Shown here: one piece after another, positions 25,480 to 38,663 of the stretch
Position numbering within the stretch: position 1 is the first letter of the stretch
Layout of the letters: each line of letters opens with the position of its first letter
Assembly (NCBI GenBank): GCA_951406725.2
Contig: OX597829.1
Coordinates: 34,596,001 to 34,660,000 of the forward strand
Direction: 5' to 3'
DNA: 64,000 nt
Source: Octopus vulgaris
Lineage: Eukaryota
Translations under genes and position numbers: made by a program
Notes under the pieces: generated by a model
The model's input: the letters and a program-made list of their open reading frames with translations, nothing else
Told to the model about the DNA's origin: nothing
The model's database searches: none

Positions 25480-27100
25480 TACACGGACTAAAAACTCGTG
25501 GCTTGTAATAGTCGAGGAGTGATGACGTCGTTGAGGAAAGACGTTAGGAGGACGTAATTGAATATTTTAGTATCATAACTCTGCTCAAAACAAAATTAAA
25601 GATATTGGCAAAGGTGTTCGTCAAAAGGCTGGCGTTTGTCTTTGATAGTGTAGTGCGGGAGTGCAAACTAGTGCCTTCCCCGACAAATCTATCCACGATA
25701 ATTTCCATCTCATGCGATGCGACGTAGCGTGGGTCAGAAATAGATCTAGCTTTGTGGAGCACCGGTTATTATGGATCAGTTGGTGATAGTTTCAAAGAGT
25801 AGTCAGTTTTGGTCCCGTCTTCAGAGGTTGCATGTACTGCGGCTTCTGTTATCAAAATAAATAGCCACATCTCGGAACTGTTCAGCATGAAACGTTCGAT
25901 CCGTGGGATGCCTTCTCTCTTTCTCTCTCTCACCTCCGCTCTTTCCCCTCTCTCTGTGCCCCTTCTCCTCCCTCTCTCGTGTATATTTTGGCTTTACAAC
26001 CATTGCTACAGTGGACGAAGAAATTGAAGGGCCTCTTTCTCGAACTGGATCACAGTTAAATTGTATTTACATACGCGGACGACACCACTGTCAAGATTCG
26101 AACACTTCTGTAGCAGAAATGGTCGACACCAAACCAAAGGAATACCGGGCCGCACACATCAACCAGGATAAGACGGTAGAACAACAGTTGCAAACTGGTT
26201 AAGATGTTCGGGGTCTGGCTCCTGGGATCGAATCTTCAGATGGATATGAAATGAAAAGAGATGGTATGTAGGGTAGCTACATTTTGCTAACGTCTCTACA
26301 TTTCGGTTGTGTATTGATACCTGACCGTCGTGCTCGTCCCAAACAACATGTGATCAGACATGCTTTTTCGTTTCCACTGATCAGGAAATCCATCTGCTAT
26401 CAACACCCGCTCTACTGGGTCTCGGGATGCTGTCTTTAATGATGTACAGATATGCACTGAGGCTGACATGCCTACAGAAATATCTAGACCACTGTGATGG
26501 CGAAGACTAGGAAAACGAAGGGGAATTAATTTGAATCCCTTTCTGCAGTACGTCTTTCCGTAGTCTAGTAAAGTCATGTCGTACGTCTTAGAATGGTTCT
26601 GGACGTCGATGAGAGGAGCCTGAACAGTCAAGAATATAGACAACTTCCAAAGTTCCTTGGCAGTACCTGTTCGAGTCAAGGGCTATTGGTACGGAAGCGC
26701 CAACAGCCAAAACTGTCCTGCATGCTGTCGTTCAATGTCCGTACAATAGCGACTTCTGGGCTTGTGTCCAGTTGCTGCCTAAGGAAGTGGAACTAATCCA
26801 GCTGTCCGCCAAGTCTATAATGGAAATTGATGTACTATCTTCTTTTGATAGGAATGGAAGATTTAACTTCTGCTAAGTGACAAGTGGAAGAAGAGATTAT
26901 GTGGTGGACTCGCCTGAGAAGCTTAAAGACAGGTATTTTCCTACCTGGCCAACCTCTCATTAATTTCTTCAAGTACCATTTCAAGAGGAAGGTAAAAGAG
27001 GGGAGGTTGCCTTCTGATGTTTTTATCGCAAAATAAATGAGAGTAGAAAAGTTGATTAGTCCGAATAGATCTACCCGAAGTATTTTTTCTTAGTAGGAGG
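25480..27100 (+). mobile_element. Degraded L1/Tx1-type LINE RT region
   Basis: ITLLKTKLKILAKVFVKRLAFV (~25575) resembles PITLLN.DYKILAK. A frameshifted RSIR-G-CP(L) appears near 25890. Confidence 0.55.
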
Positions 27101-27354
27101 AAGGAAACATGAAGGGGGCAAGTTTATTGCCTTAGAGATGGCAGAATAATCTGGTTCCTTTTTTGTGTCTGTATTGTCTCCACTCATGTTTTTGTATTGC
27201 CACCCTCATCCGACGCATAATGATAAATGAAATAGATAATTATATTATCATTATTTGATGATAACTCGCAGTTTATTTTGCTGGGTATGATGGAAAATGT
27301 CAGCTGTCCACAGCCAGCAGACTAAGGTGACACTTGTTTACTGGTCATACTACA

Positions 27355-27855
27355 AGAACTTTGTGAAGAATTCTTGCAGTTCCAAGCAATGTTGATTTTT
27401 ATAGGTGTTCTATCTTTACATTTGTACCAATCTTTTTGAGCCATGCTGGTAGTTGAGTACTGATACTTTCAAGTGCGCTAATTGCTGTTGGTGTCACGTC
27501 TACCCTTCTCACTGACCACTTCAAGTCGTGTTGTAGTTGTGCAGTTTTTCTTCTTTCTCTTTGATCCTGTTGTCACTGGGACATGATATGTCGATTATCA
27601 TGTAAGTTCTTCCTTTTTTATTCACCACAACAATATCCGGTTTCCGATGTCTGGTCAGGTGATCGCACTGAATCATTGCATCCCACAGGACTTTGCAATC
27701 TTCATTCTCGGTGATTCCTTTTGGGGTTTGCTCATATCACATCTTTGCGCTTTGTAGGCCGCGATTTCCACAGGGCTCCCTGTGGATCATTCTTGCCACA
27801 TTGTCATGTCGCCTTTTGTATTCGCGTTGTGCTAATTCCGGACATTCTGCATCTG
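27355..27855 (-). mobile_element. R4/Dong-type LINE C-terminus (restriction-like endonuclease)
   Basis: Minus strand reads ECPELAQREYKRRHDNVAR..VLWDAMIQCDH..RKPDIVVVNK..IIDISCP..KSTLLGTARILHKVL. Confidence 0.8.
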
Positions 27856-27891
27856 TTCATCACTACTACTACTACAACTACTACTACATCA

Positions 27892-27923
<32 letters not shown>

Positions 27924-28179
27924 CACATTCACATGTATATGCGGGTGAATATGTGTATACATACTCACACACCCATAGTCATGTAGTTTGTATCTTACAT
28001 ATTTTTGAAAAAGCGGTTACATTATCAAGCAATAAATTTTTTGTTCAATTTTATTCCATCGTAGCGGCATTCAATTATTGCCATTGTATGTTTTTTTTAA
28101 ATAACATTTTTGTTCCACTTTACAAAATCGTCCACAGACCGGAAACGAGAAATTAGAGTAATGATTTGAGAAGTTTTGA

Positions 28180-28841
28180 CGTTCAACAACGCGCGCGTGC
28201 GTGAGTGTGTTGCGTGCTTAACGATGTGGATTCGTAACTCACTAAAAAGCACCAAAGTCAATATTATGGACTTAGCAATTCAGCATCGACCGATAGCGAA
28301 TACTAGACGAAGTACAGGGATTGATATAACTTACTAAAACTCCTTAAAAAAAAAAAAAAGGCTGGAACCACTGCATGATAGCAGCTAAAGCTCCTTAAAT
28401 CACTCGCTTCAATCATTGAAAAACGAGGACATTTCTACACTCCTAAAAAAAAAATTGTCCAAAGTAGACAAGGAGTGGTGTTTTGTGAGCAGAGCACTTT
28501 AAAATCAAACGTTTCTAGTTGGCATCTTTTTTCCCATAATATTTCAACTTAAAACTCGGCCTTCACACTACACACAGCTGTGACACAACCAGAATTCTGC
28601 TACGGCTGCTGCTGCTGCTGCCACTGCTAAAAGACACGTCAATATCCCTCCCACTACTCCTCGATTCTCTGCTTACTCTGCACTGACAGCGTGTTGTACC
28701 GTTCTCTAGGACTAGAACACCAGGTTTAGTCCTGTTGTCACTCGATAACGTCTCCTCTCACTTCCACCTCAACCGGCTACCACCTTTATTTCACACCGGA
28801 TGAATAAAATTTTTACGTGTTTGCCCCGAAACACGAACTTG

Positions 28842-28874
<33 letters not shown>

Positions 28875-29237
28875 ATATATATATATATATATAAATGTAT
28901 ATAACACGCATACACGTATGTGAACATATATAAATATATATCCATTTAAACAAAGGCTATATTTACATACATACGCATCCATATATATATACATATATAT
29001 ATATATATACTGTTTATAGACACATACACAAACTTCATATAAATACATCGCTATATACAGTAATACGCACATATTTACGGACCTATATACAGCACGCACG
29101 CGCGCACAAACACACCACACACACACACACATATATATACAGAGAGAGAGAGAGAGCGAGGGAGAAAGATTGATAGATAGAGAGAGAGAGAGATGTGTGA
29201 GAGTGTATGTATATAATTTCAACACCTGACATACGCC
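28180..29237 (+). promoter_or_regulatory. Putative promoter / 5' UTR of the TANGO1-like gene
   Basis: Non-TE-looking, locally CpG-richer sequence with TA/CA/GA microsatellites directly upstream of a GCCATG start. The TSS cannot be determined. Confidence 0.35.
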
Positions 29238-29607
29238 ATGTCACTTGCTGACGACGCTTGCCATACGGTTTCAAATTCAGTCGCGTGCAGGAATACTACC
29301 ACTACAAGGAGTAGAATAACACCCACTACAGCACCAATACCGTTACTATTTCTACTACCAGAACCACAACAGATGGTCACGGCAACGGTCCGCCCCATGT
29401 GGAACATACACAAAACTGACAATTCACATAGAAACACTGCCAGCGGACAGTTTACGCGGGACCATCGAAAGATTTCGCCTTCGCCGGTTTTCTTAAATTT
29501 TCCACTATTATTGTTCTTACTCCTGTTGACAATCTCTCCTATCTGCCACGTTGATGCTTTGAACAAGGTTTCAAATTTGCGTCTTTGTGCCGACGCAGAG
29601 TGCAAAG
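29238..29607 (+). CDS. TANGO1: First coding exon of a TANGO1/MIA3-like (MIA-family SH3-like domain) ER export receptor; partial gene
   Basis: GCCATG start, hydrophobic signal segment FLNFPLLLFLLLLTISPICHVDA, then VSNLRLCADAECK matching the MIA/TANGO1 N-terminal LCAD..C motif. Consensus donor AAG|GTGAGT at 29607/29608 in phase 1. No downstream exon was recognised in the window. Confidence 0.7.
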
Positions 29608-29669
29608 GTGAGTGTTTCGACTGATATTTTACTGATATTTAATTTCTATATGTTTATGTTGTGTAATCT

Positions 29670-29722
<53 letters not shown>

Positions 29723-29954
29723 CACACACACACACACACATATATGCTGGCATGTCAGTGGTTAAGAAGTTTATTTTGCATTCATGAGATCCTAGTTCCG
29801 TTCCCGTGGCGTAGCATCTTGCGTAAATGTCTTTTATATCTGTAGCCTTGATCCAACCTTGTGCGAGAAATTGGATTGCTGTTCTTCAGCTCTAGGCTAC
29901 GCCGGACCGGCTCAGATCTAAGATCAAGGATATTCTAACCATGACGATTCGTTT

Positions 29955-30307
29955 TTTAGATGGAACATTCTTTTTTAAGGTATGATTTGAGGGAGAATTT
30001 GTTATTTCTTTCAGCGTGTCTGTCGATCACATTGAGGTCTTCATCATTGGCTCGAGCGAAAGTGGACAAACGGAGCCTGTGGGAACCTGTCAGATGGATA
30101 ATACTGTAATTAAAGGAACCCCTGTACTAAAGAGTGTTCCGTTGACTCTGCCCGACGATTACGTTAGGGTACCGGTGTCTGTAGAAGACACAGCCACTTA
30201 TCAGTGGGTAGGTCAGTTCATTGAACAATGTGAACTTGAATACTCATCATTGAAACCGATGGAGATCCATTTTACTTTTACTAATATATGTGTGTGTGTG
30301 TGTGTGT
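29955..30307 (+). repeat. About 350-bp direct duplication, copy 1 (copy 2 at 36126-36475)
   Basis: Near-identical sequence 6.17 kb apart, beginning TTTAGATGGAACATTCTTTTTTAAGG. Confidence 0.92.
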
Positions 30308-32627
30308 TCGTTAGAACTGAAAAATAAAACGAACTCAGATCAATTCAAAATTAACTTGAAATGTAAAAAATTGTAAATTTATTTAAGCTAGAAGTGATGA
30401 CAAGAGTGCAATAGTTTCTCTCTCTCCTTAAATTCTACATCCTTACTTTGAATAACTTCGACGAGGGAAACGAAGACAACCTTGTCAGCACTTCCAGCTT
30501 CTGGATATGCTGGGACACCTCAACAGTAGTGTAATCAAGTATCATCAGGTGTTTCTGGTCTCAACATAGAGACACCCCAGCCATGTGACCCAACAAGGAT
30601 TGTTTAGAAACATCCAAACATTAGCAGTCTCTGGTCCAGCCCTCTTAATCCATATTCATCTGGTGCTTTTTCTGTTTCTTCACTTGCAGACTGAATGACC
30701 CATTTGCACCCTTGTAAAACCCAATTGGTAGAGGGCTTTATAGAGTGAGCACCCTGTTAAACCTCTACAGCCCACTTATATGCTCAGTGTTTTCTAGCCT
30801 TTATTCTGGCACTTCTCCAACATTTCCTGATACTTCACTATGTTTCCTCTCATAGGCTTCATCAATGCATTCTTCCCAGGACACTGTAATTTCCAGCATG
30901 TTCACTTGTTTTGGTGTGTCAGAGGTGATGATCATGCCAGAATTATATTCTTTGGAAATTTCAACATTTCAAACTGTCTACCCAAATTGACATACAATGT
31001 CAAAGACTGTTCAGAGGAGGCATACTCTTGTTTTTGGTTGTAGATTCAGTTTCTCTACAGCTTTCACAAATTAAATTGCGTAGTGGATATTTACATTCAC
31101 TAATGACTAAGTAGCTAAGCTCTCAGTAGCCACCTTGAGCATCTGGTCATGGTGTCACAGTAGCACCCCAAAAGGCAGAAAAGACAAGATGTTGTCTCAT
31201 TCTTGACCTAAATGTGAAGATTAGTTGGGTTTGGCAAGGCATTTGGACAGCTTGGACAAGAAACTGGACACAGCAGAAGTCTGCCTGCAAGTATATCTTG
31301 TGCTGCTGCACATTCTCCCACATGTCCATAGTGCCTGAGCCCCACATTTCTGTCTCGTTTCCTCTGCACTTGCTTGGACTTCCTCCCAAAGGAGATGATG
31401 CCTCCTTGTCCTGAGTCTCTGGGAAGTATCACAGTCTGCTCTGCCTGTTGCCAACACACATCTTCTTTTGCCTTAGGCATGATTCCTGTCACTTGCACTG
31501 CTTTCTAGTCTTAGGAGTCTTTGTACTTACAGATTTCTCTTGCTCATGTTATCTTAAAATCTTCATGATACCACTAATAAGGAACTGCAAGAGATCTAAC
31601 TGCTTCCATACAATGCTTCACTGTTGAGGCTGCAGGGGAACTCCAGCTATTTGTAGAGAATGTCATCTTTCAAAGGATTCTACTATTAATGAAACCATAT
31701 AAACTAGCAGATGCACTTAGGGTAGGGTAGAATGTTGGTAAATACAGGTGAACCCGACTTACTAACCTTGGTGAAGCATGTTTTCAAAGTCTTTCTTGAA
31801 TATTTGAATAGCAGCAGAAGAGGTTCCCTAGGTTCTTGACTGGTTGCACTGTGATGAAGGAGATGACAGTTCTGAATATTGAGAAATGGAATCTGTCAAC
31901 TACTTTCATCAACACTATGAACCTTGATTAGCAGGCTCAAAACTCGTCCTTGCTCAGAATGTTTATTCCTTGGAACCAATATTGTTGTGACTGTATGATT
32001 GGCAATAGATACTCTTATTGTAGACTTGGTTAGAAGGCCTCTACATCCCTTCTTGGTTGACTCAGCCACCCTGTTCAAGGCAAGGGCTAAAAGAATAACT
32101 GAGACTAGCAATACCTCTGGAGTTTGATATTAGTTTTTGACCTAGAAATTATTGTAGTAACCCAGGAACAAGGTCATTGAGTTTCCTAGGAACGTGGTGA
32201 TGCAGTTGCAAATTCACCTTGTCAATGTGGTATGGACGCATAGGCATTTGTCTGATACAACTAGATTACTTCTGCTCTCATGGGTTTTTCCGATGTGCTT
32301 TGTAACTACACTGTTGTCTTCCAAGTGACCAGGACCACCAAGAATCCTAATCTTCTGCTTGAGAAGAAACTCTGTTGGTCATTGGGAAACAACATTAAAA
32401 ACACCTCTTCAACTTTTAACAATGAAATTGATGATATGAATCCAAATTCCTTTCCTCTCCACTGATCAGCAACTCTCCTTTCTTATATCATCATCAAGGC
32501 CTTCCATATGTACCAGAGAAGCAACTCTATGTTTCAGCTTCACATGCTTTTGTCTCAGTACCAGACATGTAAAAACTGATTTTAGCTGGACTTTGAAATG
32601 GCAGAAAGGACCTCTTTGTTGTCTTTA

Positions 32628-35600
32628 CATCATCATCATCACCATCATTCAATGTCCTTGTCCATGCTGGCATGGGTTGGATGGTTTAACTGGGCTGGCC
32701 TGCTAGAAGGCTGCACCCGATTCCAGTCTGATTTGGTATGGTTTCCTAACGACAACCACTCTGAGAGTGTAATGGGTGCTTTTATGTGCCGCCGGCATGA
32801 GTGCCAATTTGTGTGACACCAATATCTGAAAACAGCTGCAATTTTGCTCGGCTTGATGGATCTTCTTCTCAAGCATGACATAACATGAAAGGTCTTGGTC
32901 ATTGTCTCCATTAAACCCAATGCTTGAAAGGAACTCAGCCACTTTGCTTCCATGAGGCCCAATGCTTGAAAGATGTTCTTTACATGCCACCAGCATGGGT
33001 GCACTCGGCTTGATGGATCCTCTCAAATACAGCACATTGCCAAAGATCTTGGTCGCTAGTCATTGCCTCTGTGAGGCTCAAAGTTCAAAGATCATGCTTC
33101 ACCACCTCATCCGATGTCTTCCTGGTTCTACCTCTACCATAGGTTTCCTCCACATTTAGAGATTGGCACTTCTTTACGCAACTGTCCTTGCCTATATGCA
33201 TCACATACCAGCACAGTCGTCTCTCTTGCGCACCATATCTGATTCCTCTTATACCTAACTTTTCTATCAAGATGCTTACACTCTGTCAAACATGCACACT
33301 GACATTGTACATCCAGCAAAGAATACTGGCTTCATTTCTTTCACGCCTATGCATGTTCTCAGTTGTCATAGCCCATGTTTCACTGCTATGCAGCATAGCT
33401 GTTTGCACACAGGAATTGAACAATCTAAGAGAGAAGCCCTTTGTTGCCAGTAGGGGTTGGAGCTCTTTGAATTTTGCCCAGCCTAATCTTATTCTGACAG
33501 CTATACTCCACTACTAACTTGGTCACCTAGATAATGAAAGCTTTACGTGCCAATCATACGGTCACAACAATATTGGTTCCAAGGAATAAACAGATTCTGA
33601 GCAAGGACAAGTTTTGAGCCTGCTAATCAAGGTTCATAGTGTTGATGAAAGCAGTTGATGGAGTCTATTTTCTGCACATTTTCAGCGTTTATTGTACCTG
33701 TGCACCTTCCACATTCAAAAGTTTCCCTGTTAACCTTCTTCTAATGTTGCTGCACCTATTATGTGTCCAAAGCTTACATTGGGTGCATCTTATGGAGTTT
33801 CTACCTACACCTTTCCTACAGATTGAGCAGGGCCATCTACCTGAAGAGATTTGTGATTTGACTGTTTTCTATTTACTAAGATTTAGGCTTTTGCTAGGTT
33901 AACTCTAAGGCCCTTTGATCCTAGACCTTGCTTCCATACCTAGAACTTCTTTTGTTCAGGTAGTGATTCAGGATTAAGAGCAAGGTCATCAGCTCAGAGG
34001 AGCTCCCAGGGGCAGCCTGTCTTGAATTCCTCTGTTTTTGCCTAGAGGACTATGATGAACAAGAGGGGGCTGAGCACTGATACTTGGTGAACCCTTACTT
34101 GTACCCTGAATTCTTTGCTGTACTTGTTGCCCACCCTCACCTTACTGGTAGCAACTCTGTACAAGGCTTGTACAGCTCTCACCAACTACTTGTCTATCCT
34201 TACTTTCCGCATTGACTTCCAGATAAGGGATTGGGGAACTCTGTCGAAGGCTTTCTCCAACTCAACAAAAGCCAAGTCCAGAGGTTTATCTTTGGCTAGG
34301 TATTTCCCCTGCAGTTGCCTTACCAGAAATATAGCATCAGTGGTGCTTCTCCCTGGCACAAAACCAAACTGCATCTCATCTATACTGACTCTCTCCTTAA
34401 TTAGTTGTGCTATGACTCCGTAACTTTCATCACCTGATCCAACAATTTGATACCTCTGTAATTATTTTTTATCTAAAGCATCACCTTTACCCTTGTAGCA
34501 GTTAACTATGTTGCTGCTACACCAGTCACTGGGTATGACTCTTTCATGAACAACCTGATTTACTATATGGGTGACCAGACCATAACCCACACCACCAGAT
34601 ATTTTAAGTATTTCAGCGGAGATTCCTGATTGGCTGGAGGTCTTAATCTGTCTTCATATCCTTAATTGCTTTATCTACTGTCGATTTGGGTAGCTGGTCT
34701 ATCAATTGGGTTAACATTTGGCAGACTCTTTTCCTCCCATTTATTCTCAATGTTCAGCAGTCTTCAGCTCTTTGGTCCTCACGATGCTCAACATAGGCAG
34801 ACTTCTTCTTTTCTGCTTCTCCCTTGGCTAGATATATCTGTCCCCTAGCTTCCCTTCTGGCAATCTGACGCAGTTCCCTGCTGCCCCCACTCTTCCAGGC
34901 CTTCTAGGCCTGTTTCTTTGCTCTAATGGTCCTTTCTATAGTATGGTTCCACTACCATGTTACCCTAGGTCTAGAAGGGACTTTGCACCAGCCACAGATT
35001 TAGTCTGTGGCACTCATCAATGTCTTGCAGGAATTCCCAGTTACCCACTATGTCACAAGTTTGTAGCTCCTCCTCTATTTCATCAAATTTCTCAATTAAA
35101 ATGTCCCTAAATCTCTGACCATATGAAGGTCCTTAAGCTTCCAAGTCCTTCTTTTCCATATTGGTCTGCCTCTTGGCATCTAAAGGCACTAGTGACTAGT
35201 CTATGCTGTGGGAGTACATTCTTCACCAAAGAGGGTCTTTGTGTTTAAGAGCAACTGTGCATCCTGCTGTCTGATGAAAATGAAATCGATATGGCTGGCA
35301 GAGTTACCTGATTGATAGGTTATCAGGTGATTGGTTGGGTTCCTGAAGTTGGTGTTGCAGATCAATATATTATTGGCATCACAGAAGTCCAGTAGCCTTG
35401 TTCTCTCTTCATTTCAGGAACCAATTCCATGGCTCCCATGTACACCATGGAAGATACCAGCCTGCCCATTGAAATCCCCAGCCACGAAGATGAGATCATT
35501 GTCACTCATCTTTGAGGTAGCCTGCAGATGAATATCATAAAAGTGGTCCTTCTGTTCATTTGGTAAGCACGCTTGTGGGGCGTAGGCAGATATAATTGTA

Positions 35601-35750
35601 GCTATACTATTCTGCAAGACTAGCCTGAGCTTAAGTGCTCTATCACACACACTCTGACTACCTCTATAACCTTATCCATCCTTTTCTCTGCAAGAAGTAT
35701 ACCCACACCACCTACTCCATTACTGTTACCTTCCCAGAAGATTTTGACAG
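32628..35750 (-). mobile_element. Degraded RTE LINE (APE-RT) with (CAT)n tail
   Basis: ORF fragments MQFGFVPGRSTTDAIFLVRQL (34186..34374), ISAYAPQ..VAGDFNG (35414..35650) and RLCWY (33085..33270). Tail at 32628. Confidence 0.92.
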
Positions 35751-36125
35751 TTAATTCACTGATGAGTATTCGATGAGGAAAACTCTCTCTTCTTGCTGAC
35801 CACATTTTCTAACCATTGTAGCTAGTGCTTTCTCATGGTTGATTCTATGATTCAGCTGTTGGGTTTTTCCAAGATTGCATTGTTGTTGATGTAGCCCTCC
35901 CATTTGATATTTAAGAGATGAGTTTTTTGTTGATGGGCATACTCCACATTTTTGATGCTGCCATAATAAAGTGTCCATGTTTCACAACTGTAATAATGTT
36001 GAGATGATAACAGTTTGATAGACTGTCAATTTAATTTTGAGGTTAGATGTTTATTCTTAAATAATGAGTGGCTTGATTCAGTTCTATGTTCTACATCCTT
36101 TTCCAAAGTATATTTATATATATAC

Positions 36126-36475
36126 TTTAGATGGAACATTCTTTTTTAAGGTATGATTTGAGGGAGAATTTGTTATTTCTTTCAGTGTGTCTGTCGATCA
36201 CATTGAGGTCTTCATCATTGGCTCAAGCGAAAGTGGACAGACGGAGCCTGTGGAAACCTGTCAGATGGATAATACCTGTAATTAAAGGAACCCCTGTACT
36301 AAAGAGTGTTCCGTTGACTCTGCCCGATGATTACGTTAGGGTACCAGTGTCTGTAGAAGACACAGCCGCTTATCAGTGGGTAGGTCAGTTCATTGAACAA
36401 TGTGAACTTGAATACTCATCGTTGAAACCGATGGAGATCCATTTTACTTTTACTAATATATATGTGTGTGTGTGT
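36126..36475 (+). repeat. About 350-bp direct duplication, copy 2
   Basis: Matches 29955-30307 with a few substitutions and a 1-bp insertion. Confidence 0.92.
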
Positions 36476-36682
36476 TGAAAAGTCCCTGGCTTTAAGGGTA
36501 TCGTGAAAGGCCTGGTTGGAGGTCCAGCTGTCTGATTTCTTTTACAGGGCTTAGAAAAACTGAAGGTCCACTGCAATAAGTGTATAAATCTGAGAGGAGA
36601 ATATGTTGAATAAAACCATAATAAACTGATCCTCCTCCTGTATTTTCTTTTACCCAAAGCCAAGAACTTTTCAGCACCTCCT
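36472..36682. mobile_element. Mariner-type MITE
   Basis: Imperfect TIRs GTGTTGAAAAGTCCCTGGCTTT / AAAGCCAAGAACTTTTCAGCAC. Confidence 0.55.
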
Positions 36683-36739
36683 AGTGTTTGTTGGAAAGAA
36701 TACTTTCAGAGCCGGTTGGGTGAGGTTTTAAGACTTCTT

Positions 36740-37290
36740 GACATTCACTGTGTGGCAAACACTATGCCTAGTGAAGTTGTTGACTGATTTCTGGGATTCT
36801 AAATATATGTGACAGAGAGTTTCATTGATATCCATGTGTTGAATTTTTGAGATGCTCTGGATGTTGGTAAGTCAAGGAAATTGAAATTTTGCTATGTTAA
36901 ACAGTCCACCCTTAATACATCCATCTGATGTCAATACTTGGATTGTCTGGAAAAAGTTCAAAAAGCATAACAGACAAATATAAGAAGAGTGTAGGTGCAA
37001 GAACACGACCCTGCTTCAATTTGCATGTATTCAGGCATGTTATACCTGAACCACTGTTATACCCGAACCAATATATTGAAGAACCATTCATGTGGTTTCT
37101 CTGTCAAAAGCCTTTTCCTGGTTGTAGAAGACAAAGAAGAGTAGTTTCTGTAGTTATCTGTTTTTTTCCTCTTGTTGACAACTATGTCTGTTGTGCCATG
37201 AGAGGTACAAAAACTGTAAGGAAAAATCTCCACAATGGTCTGCAGATGGCTTAGGATTCTTGCAAATATTTTCCCTACAACTGGCAGCAA
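36740..37290 (-). mobile_element. Degraded RTE (BovB-like) RT fragment
   Basis: LLPVVGKIFARIL (37057..37290) and KQGRVLAPTL near 36990-37020. Confidence 0.6.
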
Positions 37291-37359
37291 GGATATTCTA
37301 TAATAATTCCCACAAGATTTTTAATCTTGAAGATAGTAATAATAAAATATATTTGATAA

Positions 37360-37520
37360 TGTGGCTGTGTGATAAGAAGCTTGTTTCCCAATCGCACAGT
37401 TCCAGGTTCTGCCCCCAGCATGGTACCTTGGGCAAGTGTGTCCTATAATATTGTCTTGGGCCAACCAAAGCCTTGTGGGAAGATGAGGTAGATGGAAACT
37501 GAAAAGAGCCCATCATGTGT
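37360..37520 (+). mobile_element. Partial CORE-like SINE (5' half)
   Basis: GTGGCTGTGTGATAAGAAGCTTG...CCTTGGGCAAGTGT, homologous to 39812-39970. Confidence 0.7.
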
Positions 37521-38003
37521 ATATGTGTGTGTGTGGGGGGGGGGGCGTGTGTAAAAAAAGTCAAGATAGAAAATGCTAAAATAATTTTATAAAAAAACAT
37601 TTCAGCACTGGTTTCAGTCATTGAAACTTTTTCAACTGTAAGTAGGGAAAACAATTAAGTTTTGGAAAAATTAAGAGAAAAGTTTTTTTAAAGAATATTT
37701 GCACAGTGTTCAAATACAAGTGGCATTTTCCTTGTTTCTGCCTGTTTCTGTGTCTCTTGTTTACTCTTGTGGGTTCGAGGTCGTTGTGAATTCTTGGTAG
37801 GAGAAGAAGAAGAAAGGGGAGGAGGAGGAGAAGAAGAAAAAGAAGAAGAAGAAGAATGGGGGAGTGCCATGATAGTAGTATGTTAAATGGTCAACTGCCT
37901 CTGAAAGTGTTCCATTGTGGATTGTAGTATATATATATATATATATATATATATAGGAGAGTGTTGTTGCACACTTGATGCATTGTGCACTGTTTGTAAA
38001 AAA

Positions 38004-38404
38004 TCTTTATATATAAAAGTGAGGTTGTGTGCTGTCTGTCTCCTACGATTTAGATTCCTAACTACTCCCACATTTTGCGGTGCAGTTTAACCAAAAGCGG
38101 GTATCTTATAGTCGTGATTCATATCGAGCCCTTCTGGGTATTAGCGCGCGTCTACGATGAGTCTACGATTTAAAAAAAAAATTACCATAATTTTTTTCCA
38201 TTTTAATGCATTTTTTCGCTATTATATAAGGGAAGTAACTCTCTAAAAATTTCTACAATGAATCAACGATTTAAAAAAAAATTTACCATCATTTTTTTCC
38301 CATTTTTAATGCATTTTTTTGCTATTTTTTGGCTATAACTCTCTAAAAATGTTTATATAGTTATTTCCCTTATAAACCCGAGCAACGCCGGGCGATACTG
38401 CTAG
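38004..38404 (+). mobile_element. Non-autonomous Helitron (401 bp)
   Basis: 5' TC, subterminal hairpin CCCGAGCAACGCCGGG and 3' CTAG. Inserted between A and T with no TSD. Confidence 0.92.
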
Positions 38405-38498
38405 TAATAAATAATAATGTTTTGAATGGTACAACAATGCACTATAATAACAACAATGGACCATAATAACTGTTATAATTTAATCATCCATAGTCTGA

Positions 38499-38663
38499 TA
38501 TAATATTTTGGAATATAAAAATTCCTTCTTCAGATATCCCTAGGAATTGATCAAGTCACCACTGTAATCGATTTTATAACTATTGGAAAATCGATTATAG
38601 CAGTGACTTGATCAATTCCTAGGGATATCTGAAGAAGGAATTTTTATATTCCAAAATATTATA
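38499..38663. repeat. Near-perfect hairpin (77-bp arms, 11-nt loop) of Penelope pLTR-like sequence
   Basis: 38499-38575 is the reverse complement of 38587-38663 with 3 mismatches. Looser arms extend to about 38405 and 38720. Confidence 0.9.

Noticed and set aside
29219-29605. 128-aa minus-strand ORF opposite the TANGO1-like exon
   Set aside because: Antisense shadow; the plus frame has the Kozak start, family motif and splice donor.
30480-32600. Possible old LINE (zinc-knuckle/APE-like traces) or host exons
   Set aside because: Too degraded to assign, with no convincing splice-bounded frame.
35758-35790. CTGATGA...GAAA as a plus-strand hammerhead
   Set aside because: No stem II or stem III pairing.
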